Shown: positions 24,513 through 32,949 of the stretch, piece after piece
Layout of the letters: each line of letters opens with the position of its first letter
Numbering within the stretch: the stretch's first letter is position 1
Assembly (NCBI RefSeq): GCF_000485595.1
Contig: NW_014577063.1
Span: 871,276-904,224 of the forward strand
Length of the DNA stretch: 32,949 bases
Direction of reading: 5' to 3'
Source of the DNA: Priapulus caudatus
Lineage: Eukaryota
Notes under the pieces: model-generated
Database searches by the model: none
What the model saw: the letters and a program-made list of their open reading frames with translations, nothing else
What the model was told of the DNA's origin: nothing
Program-made: the position numbers and the translations under genes

Positions 24513-24668
24513 GAAGATGTCACGCGAAGATGTGACGAGTAGATGTCGCGTGAAGATGTCGTGTGGAGATGTCACGCGTAGATGTCGCGCGAAGATGTTA
24601 CGTGAAGATATCACTGGAAGATGTCATGCGTGGATGTCACGTGAAGATGTCGCGTGAAGATGTCGCTC
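24513..24668. repeat. 13-bp minisatellite (consensus GAAGATGTCRCGY) x12, just upstream of the FoxL1 ATG
   Basis: Twelve units in exact 13-bp register, with substitutions but no indels. Confidence 0.92.
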
Positions 24669-25332
24669 GCGCGAGCCCGTCGGATCACGACCGGACGACG
24701 CGTCGCCAACGCCTGTCGACAAACATCACAGATGCGACAGACGAAAATGTCACCACCGCCGTTCCTACCCGCGATGGCAAGTGTCGGTTCTTGCAAGTGT
24801 CGGCTATAAGCAGAACGTACGGCGGCTTAGAGGTGAATGACTTGCAATCGAGCGTAACAGTTAACACGCTGACGGTTTGCCCCGTGCGATCGCCGCGTGC
24901 GTGCGTGCGTGCTCTCTATGCGTCAGTCCTCTGCCCTACTGCTGCATCGCCTCGCCTCCGCGCGCTGTCTCTCTCTCTCTCGTCCTCTTCTTAATGACGG
25001 ACAGGCACTCTGTTTGCTCTCGATTGTATGTTATTGTTTTTCTTGCGCGCAGTTGACTCGCCGCGCGTGCGCGGGCGAAAATACAAATGTAACACTGGGC
25101 GAAACATTTTAGAGAGCCTCCTCACTCTTATCGCTGCTGCCAGCGCCAGGCCCACACACGTCAGTTTGCCGCCGTCGTCATGGTTACGCGCCGCGGCGTG
25201 GCCATTCATTGCCCGCGACGCGCGCGAGTGTGCGCGTGTTTATGCAGTCCGTGTCTTTAGTCTCTCCGTGGCCCACACAGGTTGCGCTAAAACGCCGTTT
25301 GTTTTGATTTTGCCACAAGAAAAAAAAACCCC

Positions 25333-25352
25333 GACCACCTATCGTGTAAACA
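25333..25352 (+). promoter_or_regulatory. Adjacent Gli-like (GACCACCTA) and forkhead (GTAAACA) motifs ~0.9 kb upstream of the FoxL1 ATG
   Basis: 8/9 match to GACCACCCA at 25333-25341 and a perfect RTAAAYA at 25346-25352; motif match only. Confidence 0.35.
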
Positions 25353-25769
25353 CAAGCGCGAAGTGTTTCGGTGAAATCTTCTGCCCGCGGCCCGCGTAAT
25401 TAATGATGTCGTCGTATAGGCGTGAGCGCACGCACGCGAGAGAGAGAGAGAGAGACCGCTGCCTAGCTTCCTCCAGGCTGCACCGCCTTGTTTATTTGAC
25501 TGTTCATACGCGCGAGGGGCGAAGTGATAATGGATCTGGCAGCTTCGCGGCTATGATCCGTGTAGCTGCGAGGCCGCCGTGGGTGCATTAGCGATGTTCG
25601 GGGGGGGGGGGAAGCCGCTCGGACGTTAGTCGCCGCCGCCGCCGCGGACGTGTATCGGCTTCTATCGGTTGCTTCTCGCTACGTCAACAATGCGTTAAAC
25701 ACGCAGGAATCGTCTTACTCTCTCTCGGTCGTCGCAGACGCGAGCGCTGTTGAAGGAAAACATCGGGCT

Positions 25770-25877
25770 CTCTCTCGTTCTCTCTCGCGCGCGCTCTCTC
25801 CCCTTCTCTCTCGTTCTCTCTCGCGCGCGCTCTCTCCCCTTCTCTCTCGTTCTCTCTCGCGCGCGCTCTCTCCCCTT
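25770..25877. repeat. 36-bp tandem repeat x3, followed by a degenerate (CT)n tract to ~26230
   Basis: CTCTCTCGTTCTCTCTCGCGCGCGCTCTCTCCCCTT repeated exactly three times. Confidence 0.92.
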
Positions 25878-26021
25878 CCTGCGGTCGTCGTGTCGTGCTC
25901 TCCTGCGGTGCCTGTTCGTCGTGCGTGCGGCGCCGCGCTCTCTCTTCTTCTCTCTCGGTGCTCTCGTTCGCGCTCTCTTTTCTCTCTCTGCTCTCTCTCT
26001 CTCTCTCTCTCCTTCTTCTCT

Positions 26022-26052
<31 letters not shown>

Positions 26053-26326
26053 GCTCTTCTTCCTCTCACTCTTGTCTAATCTCTCTCTCTATCTCTCTTT
26101 TCTCGCGCGCGCTCTCTCTTTCCTCTCTCGGCGCGCTCTCTCTCGCCCTTCTCTATCGCACCGCTCTCTGCTCGCCTTCTCTAGTTCGCAGCGCGCGGCT
26201 CTCTCTCTCTCTCTCTCTCTATCTCGCTGCCCGTTCTCGTTGTCCTTTGTGACCGTGGTGCCCTGTTTGTTTGCTCGGCGGTCTTTTGACCTGCTCTTCG
26301 TGTTTTTTTTTTGTTTATTTTTTTAT

Positions 26327-27074
26327 NNNNNNNNNNNNNNNNNNNNNNNNNNNNNNNNNNNNNNNNNNNNNNNNNNNNNNNNNNNNNNNNNNNNNNNNNN
26401 NNNNNNNNNNNNNNNNNNNNNNNNNNNNNNNNNNNNNNNNNNNNNNNNNNNNNNNNNNNNNNNNNNNNNNNNNNNNNNNNNNNNNNNNNNNNNNNNNNNN
26501 NNNNNNNNNNNNNNNNNNNNNNNNNNNNNNNNNNNNNNNNNNNNNNNNNNNNNNNNNNNNNNNNNNNNNNNNNNNNNNNNNNNNNNNNNNNNNNNNNNNN
26601 NNNNNNNNNNNNNNNNNNNNNNNNNNNNNNNNNNNNNNNNNNNNNNNNNNNNNNNNNNNNNNNNNNNNNNNNNNNNNNNNNNNNNNNNNNNNNNNNNNNN
26701 NNNNNNNNNNNNNNNNNNNNNNNNNNNNNNNNNNNNNNNNNNNNNNNNNNNNNNNNNNNNNNNNNNNNNNNNNNNNNNNNNNNNNNNNNNNNNNNNNNNN
26801 NNNNNNNNNNNNNNNNNNNNNNNNNNNNNNNNNNNNNNNNNNNNNNNNNNNNNNNNNNNNNNNNNNNNNNNNNNNNNNNNNNNNNNNNNNNNNNNNNNNN
26901 NNNNNNNNNNNNNNNNNNNNNNNNNNNNNNNNNNNNNNNNNNNNNNNNNNNNNNNNNNNNNNNNNNNNNNNNNNNNNNNNNNNNNNNNNNNNNNNNNNNN
27001 NNNNNNNNNNNNNNNNNNNNNNNNNNNNNNNNNNNNNNNNNNNNNNNNNNNNNNNNNNNNNNNNNNNNNNNNNN
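26327..27074. other. Assembly gap, 748 N
   Basis: N run. Confidence 0.99.
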
Positions 27075-27077
27075 TAA

Positions 27078-27930
27078 CACAGAACCGTATATTCCGCAAG
27101 ACAAGCTACTGACAGTTGGGCTGACCAACACCACAGCCTGACACTACAATGAACAACAATCTGTGTTAGTCAAGTGCTGCAGAGAATTCTCGTTCCGAAA
27201 AACAATCCGCATGTTTGCTGTTTGGCAATTCAATGTCTAATTCTTTATCATTCCTTGCGGACATAAGACCCATGTTGAAAGCCGGTCACGTTCACTCGCT
27301 GCAGTGAAATGTTTTGAAAGCGTGTGCGAAAGCACAGCATAATTAGTTCGAAAATCACCGATGTCAGATGCTGGCAAGGCATGCTCCGCGAAAAATGACA
27401 GCCCGCGCCCGGCCCGCCGCGCGGCCCGCCCGCCGCCCCCGCCCCGCCCCGGCTACAGCATTTTACATAGGCTTCTGCCAAAAAGTACCAACACATATAT
27501 CGGTTTAACGCCCTATTTTATTCATTGTCATCGTATATTTCCATAAATCTAATTATAAAAAAGAGACTAAACTAACGAAATACCGACGCTCATACTCCAT
27601 ATAATTGCTATCGTGCTAATGCATCTTAAAAATTATCGCTACTATAAACCCGAAAGTTTTAATATGTAACTCATAAGACGGTAATTTCAATTGATTATGC
27701 GGCTATAGCGTCCTTTTCCACCGTCTCCCCTTGTCCTTCCCGGTTCCCTTTACTCGTTTCGGTATTTTTTCTGTTTAAAGTCTAAGTTTCCTTTTGGTCA
27801 TTACTATTACCACAGTATGATACCCATGTAGCCTTATCAAAGTTGTCTTCATTTCTATTAACCAATATACTAACATTACCTTACAAACCAAGCAGTATGT
27901 CGGCCTAAGTGACGTCGATATTGGATATAT
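27078..27930 (+). repeat. ~0.85 kb direct duplication, copy 1 (copy 2 at ~30248-31000)
   Basis: Collinear from CACAGAACCGTATATT to GTGACGTCGATATTGGATA; both copies are followed by (TA)n; differences are mainly small indels. Confidence 0.9.
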
Positions 27931-27933
27931 ATA

Positions 27934-27977
<44 letters not shown>

Positions 27978-28023
27978 ATAATATTATATATTAATTACTA
28001 TATATATATATTATTAATATATA

Positions 28024-28312
28024 TATTTTGCGTGTATATGCACTCATAAGTATTTTATGTGAACCACTTATGCGCACATGCAATAGCGCACGGTACCGCA
28101 CGCAGCGCATGCAGCCACACACGCGCACACACACACAACAGCACGCGCGCACGCCACGCAACGCACGCCACACACACAAAACACACGCCACGCATGCAGT
28201 CACGACAGCGCGGCCGGCACACAGCACACACGGCGCGCGCACTCCACGCACTGGCACGCACGCACACAGCACAAAACTACACGCATAATAAAAAACATCC
28301 ACACCCACCCAC

Positions 28313-28345
<33 letters not shown>

Positions 28346-28564
28346 CACAAGCACACCCACAGCACACACACACACCACACGACACACACACACACACCAA
28401 CCCGCACACCCACACACACACACCCCACACACACCACACACCCAAACAGCACACGACACCACACACACCACACACCATACACACGCACAGCACACACACA
28501 CACACACACACACCACCAGGCACACACACGACACACACGACAGCACACACAGCACACACAATCG

Positions 28565-28597
<33 letters not shown>

Positions 28598-28740
28598 TTT
28601 GTGTGTGTAGGTTTGTGTTTTGTGTGTATGCGTGCGTGCGTGCGTGCGTGTGTGTGTGCGCGTGTAGCTGCATGCGTGCGTGCGTACGTGCGTTTGCCTG
28701 TGCGCATAAGTATTCACATATAGTGCATATACACGAAATA
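28024..28740. repeat. Long imperfect inverted repeat (arms ~28024-28186 and ~28612-28740) around a CA-rich spacer
   Basis: CGTGTATATGCACT (28031-28044) / AGTGCATATACACG (28722-28735); ACTTATGCGCACA / TGTGCGCATAAGT; GCATGCAGC / GCTGCATGC, in mirrored order. Confidence 0.75.
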
Positions 28741-30247
28741 CCGACGACAATATGGCGAACCACTATATAGCATGAATCGGCTCTTTATCGGCAGCACCGA
28801 AAAGTGTAAATCAAGAAAATAAATGACACTAAAAGTGTATGAAACGAGCGTAAATAAACGGCGGGTGTTATTATTACAACATTATAAATAACCACAAATA
28901 AAGGCCAACGTAAACAAACTGTCATTGCACGTTACATGCCCCGTATGGCCGCAAGCTGGCAACAGCGTACAAAAACAGTAGGCTTCGTTATTGCAGGCCA
29001 AGGCAAACATTCAACATCGTTTAGGAGGTGTCAGAAATGATGAATTTCACCCATTAAAACGTCACGGCTTGAGTAGGCCGAGATAGGCGTGGGTCTTATC
29101 AGCATTAGGCCCGTTCTCATCAATCTAAGTGGCCGACACCGGAAAATACGAACGGCGTAATGATGTTTAGTCCTCACCGGTGTAAGATGCAGAGTTAAGC
29201 CCGCATAACATCCCGTCAACATTTTTCCCAAACTCCAGCACTTTTCATCGGCGATGCATGAAGCGATTACAATTTTGCTAATATATACGTTATAGGAACC
29301 AATTTCATGGAATAAACATTCTAATATACACGACTGCATTGACATATGTTTTTAACCATCTTCGTGTTCATGACTCAACTCACTCTCCCACTTTGTTATG
29401 TCGCGCGAGTACAATTCAATTAATGTAACTAATATAGCATGAAAACAATTGCTACTTTACTAGCGCCTCATAGCGGAAGTCCAAAGTTGCGGTCACTAAG
29501 CAACCTATCAATAGATATTCTGATGCCCGCAGACAACGATAAAGACACATATATGATATCGCTGTTAGAGCGACTCGACGATGGAAATGTAAAGAAAATG
29601 CTCTAGTATCGCTTACATGAAATGAAATTTGCAACATCAGAAACAATATGTAGAGGGGTCGATAGTTCGATAAAGCGCCACGTTAGAATATATAGGACTA
29701 AGCATTTTATGCAGATCATTGTTTTACTAGAAACAAAGTCGAAATTGACCATAAAAGGCAACAACAGTGCTCTCCAGCGACGCTACCGCGCCGGACTCCG
29801 TATTTCCTTTGATAATAGCATCAGCGGCGATGTTGAAAAAATATTATCACAAACTCGTATGAGTAATAGTCGTGTGTTTTCGCATCCAACCTGATTATGC
29901 ATAATTGTGGCATATATTAGAATAATACTTAGCGTTATTGTTCGTAGCAGTGCGATGGGCGTGCGTCCATTGTCCCGGGTGCGTCTGTCGTTTGTCACTG
30001 ACGTCCTTGAATACTTGACCAGCTAGGGCATTGCTACGATTGCAACCGTATCGAAATTCTAGCAGTGGGTAAGAAACCTACCGCATTGTATACTATTAGG
30101 TCAGTTGCTATTCAGTAGAGTGTATCTTTCTTTTTAGCCTTTCATTACTACAGCTCACCTCCGCCGAGAAAAAATATTTAGGCAAGTATGCTTCCATTGT
30201 GGGCTGTAATTTGCATGAGTGTAGGCTAGCCGGCCTGTATCAATAAG

Positions 30248-31000
30248 CACAGAACCGTATATTTTACCCAAACAAGCTACTGGACAGTTGGGCTGACAAC
30301 ACAACCCTGACACTACAATGAAAACAATCTTGTGTTAGTCAAGTGCTTGCAGAGAATTCTGTTTCCAAAACAATCCGCATGTTTGCTGTTTGGCAAATTC
30401 AATGTCTAATTCTTTATCATTCCTTGCGGACAATAAAGAACCCATGTTGAAACGTCACGTTCACGCTGCAGTGAAATGTTTGAAAGCGTGTGCGAAAAGC
30501 ACAGCATAATTAGTTCGAAAATCCCCGACTCAGATGCTACAAGAAGCATGCTCCGCGAAAAATGACACCGCTAAAGCATTTTAATACTTCTGCCAAAAGT
30601 ACCAACAATATATCAGTTTAACCTTATTTTATTTCATTTATCTATATTTCCATAAAATATAAAATTATGAAAAAGACAACTAAACTACGATACGAAGCTC
30701 ATACTCAATATAATTGCTATCGTCTTAATGCATTTAAAATTATCGCTACTATAAACCACAAGGTTTTAATATGTAATCATAAGACGGTGATTTCATTGAT
30801 ATTGATAATTTTATGGATATACGTTCTTTTCCACATTTTTTGTTTAAAGTCTAGTTTCTTTGTATTATATTACACAGTATATGACATGTACCTTTAATAC
30901 CCAACACGCACCTTATCCAAGTTGTCTTCATTTCTATTAACCAATATACTACATAACCTTAAAAACAAGCAGTATGTCGCCAGTGACGTCGATATTGGAT
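30248..31000 (+). repeat. Direct duplication, copy 2 (~0.75 kb) of 27078-27930
   Basis: Same anchors as copy 1; lacks the GC-rich burst at ~27400-27452. Confidence 0.9.
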
Positions 31001-31001
31001 A

Positions 31002-31154
<153 letters not shown>

Positions 31155-31232
31155 CCACACTATTAATACCAACGCATATATATATAAATGCATATTCGTG
31201 GCCCTGGTTACAGTCTCATAGCAGCAGTAGGC

Positions 31233-32059
31233 TTAGCCCTTTATAATGGATATCTTGCGACTATTTATAATGTCAATGGCGCGGGAATAAAGAAATGGTG
31301 GCACAGGATCCAACCCCTTGCCCGAGGTAGGAGCAGGATCGACTGCATCGTAGCGGACCCGATCCGCAGAATCCGCCGTTCTCGCACCGTTACCGAAGAA
31401 CGCGTGGAAATGTTTCGGAAGTTCGCCTATAGGTGGCGGCAGGTGGTCGACAGTAGCGGGGGTGGCAGCGAGTCCGCTAGAGAGCGGGGTCGGAGCAGCG
31501 CCCCCACGTGAAAGACGCTGCGCTGCGTACAGTGCTCGGATGGCCGAGATAAATGCGTTCGGAGAAATCGGCTGCGAATCTGAAGACAGAACCAGCTTCA
31601 GCGGTTGCTGCCCACTAGACGTGGAGTCTGTGGATGCTGGATCTATCGGCGGAATCACTAGAGGCGACACCCCCGAGGGCCGCCCCTTGCTGCCCGATGC
31701 AACACCAGCTGCTTCCCCGACGAAGAGTGGGAGTAGTAGAGACGGGGTGGGGGAAGCCTGCGAGCGGAAGAGGCGCTGGGCGCCAAAGATCGCCTTAACA
31801 GCTGCGATGAACGACTTTGGAGGACCCGGCAGAGGTAGCACATTCACGGGCTGCCCCGTGTTGGCCCCTAGTAGGGAAACACCGACACCTATCCGCGCGC
31901 CTAGTCCCGGATCAGGAGCACTTTCCACTGTGTTAGACAGTGATATTCGCACGGGGGGATGCGACACTTCTCCGGTCACCTCTTCGGTGTCAGCATTAAA
32001 ATCCTCGAATCCTCGTAACAGGAGGCGTCGAAAGATGTCCTCCTGCGTCTTTTTGTCAC
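31233..32059 (-). CDS. Terminal exon of the same EGF-like-domain protein (DKKTQEDIFRRLLLRGFEDF...RKISIIKG*), P/S/G/A-rich with an internal repeat
   Basis: Acceptor ACTGTAG|GT (AG at 32061-32060) with an in-frame TAA just upstream. The phase 1 junction A|GT encodes Ser, followed by 274 open codons and a stop (includes ORF 31233..31979). GC-rich island in AT-rich flanks, with an internal peptide repeat showing conservative substitutions. Confidence 0.72.
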
Positions 32060-32249
32060 CTACAGTTATAAATTATGTCGGAATTACTAATATTTAAGCA
32101 CAAGCAGTAAGCGTGCATTTTATCAGCAGAGCGGAAACCGGGAAACATGCCATAAACGTCTTGAATCATCCGTATAACATCTCAAACAAAAAGATATTGG
32201 GTTCTTATGGTCATGTGTCCGTACGCACACATCCTTTAACACAGTACGG

Positions 32250-32428
32250 CAGTGCTTCTTAAATTATTTCAGCGTCAATCACCCCCGAGTCTTTATCACA
32301 AAATTTCATTCGCCCGCGACTAAATTTCCTGTTTAGGTTACCAAAAATGTTTTTGGTAAGTTTCATTCACCCCAAAATAATTTTTCATTCACACTTGGGT
32401 AAACCATTCACCAGTTTAAGAGGCACTG
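32250..32428. mobile_element. hAT-superfamily (Charlie-like) MITE, 179 bp, in the last intron of the EGF gene
   Basis: TIRs CAGTGCTTCTTAAA (32250-32263) and TTTAAGAGGCACTG (32415-32428), 13/14 match. Perfect 8-bp TSD CAGTACGG at 32242-32249 and 32429-32436. Confidence 0.9.
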
Positions 32429-32475
32429 CAGTACGGCACAGGATTAATTTCATTTCGAGAAGCGAGAATACTTAC

Positions 32476-32568
32476 TCGAGCCGTCTGAAAGATCTGCGAT
32501 GCGGAGCTGGCACGAGGCACCCGTGTAGCCAGCGTCGCAGAGACAGGTGAACACGTCTCCAATGAAGC
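32476..32568 (-). CDS. Internal exon of an EGF-like-domain protein (FIGDVFTCLCDAGYTGASCQLRIADLSDGS); upstream exons lie beyond the window end
   Basis: Hand translation gives C-x-C-x2-G-Y-x-G-x2-C, the C-terminal EGF signature. Acceptor ATTAG|GC with an in-frame TGA just upstream; consensus donor A|GTAAGT; 93 nt, phase 1/1, compatible with the next exon. Confidence 0.8.
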
Positions 32569-32719
32569 CTAATCATGAATGACAGCGACAGCAGCGGCAG
32601 TCAATAGCAACTCAAGACGTGGTTTACTTGCACGAAGCCATGTTACGAATAACGTTTATTAGCTCTTGATATTATCTCCACGTTTAGCGAATAAGATTTC
32701 GTAACGACTGTAGTTCAAA

Positions 32720-32856
32720 CTCTACTCTTCTATCTCCCGCTCGCTATCTTTCTCCCCTCTCTCTCCATATCAATTATTCTGTCTCTCCTTCTCCCGCTCT
32801 CCCCCCCTCTCTCTCCCTCTCTCTCTCTCTCTCTCTACCCCGCTCTCTCCCGCTCT

Positions 32857-32897
<41 letters not shown>

Positions 32898-32914
32898 CCA
32901 CTCTCTCCCGCTCT

Positions 32915-32948
<34 letters not shown>

Positions 32949-32949
32949 C
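32720..32949. repeat. (CT)n-rich tract with repeated CTCTCTCCCGCTCTCCCCCC sub-units (intronic in the EGF gene)
   Basis: Directly visible. Confidence 0.88.

Noticed and set aside
24453..24614. N-terminal extension of FoxL1 suggested by ORF 24222..24614
   Set aside because: It starts at GTG and runs through the 13-bp minisatellite; the first in-frame ATG is at 24452.
31462..32097. 211-aa plus-strand ORF
   Set aside because: Antisense shadow of the minus-strand exon. It has no ATG start, and the minus frame has the splice signals and the conserved peptide repeat.

Overview
Eukaryotic genomic window from a gappy, microsatellite-rich draft assembly, most likely an invertebrate animal (spliceosomal introns, a FoxL1-class gene, no obvious CpG depletion). 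It has four N gaps. Two protein-coding genes can be supported, both on the minus strand. (1) A complete three-exon forkhead gene of the FoxL1 class (CDS 24452-24249, 23556-23456, 22824-21843; 428 aa) with an eh1 motif. (2) The last two exons of an unrecognised EGF-like-domain gene (32568-32476, 32059-31233); the ORF track misses the EGF exon. Its C-terminal tail carries a duplicated 27-aa basic amphipathic motif. Non-coding highlights: two related tiny CAGGAGT...ACTCCTG inserts with 7-bp target-site duplications that resemble P-superfamily excision footprints or MITEs; an hAT MITE with an 8-bp TSD; an inverted pair of Penelope-like ends with hammerhead-like cores; 58-, 36- and 13-bp minisatellites. 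A ~5.5 kb and a ~0.85 kb direct duplication are at least partly long-read gap-filling artefacts. Almost all other ORFs in the track are translations of microsatellites or N runs. No CRISPR, tRNA or rRNA was found, and I cannot demonstrate a wholly new biological system from sequence alone.
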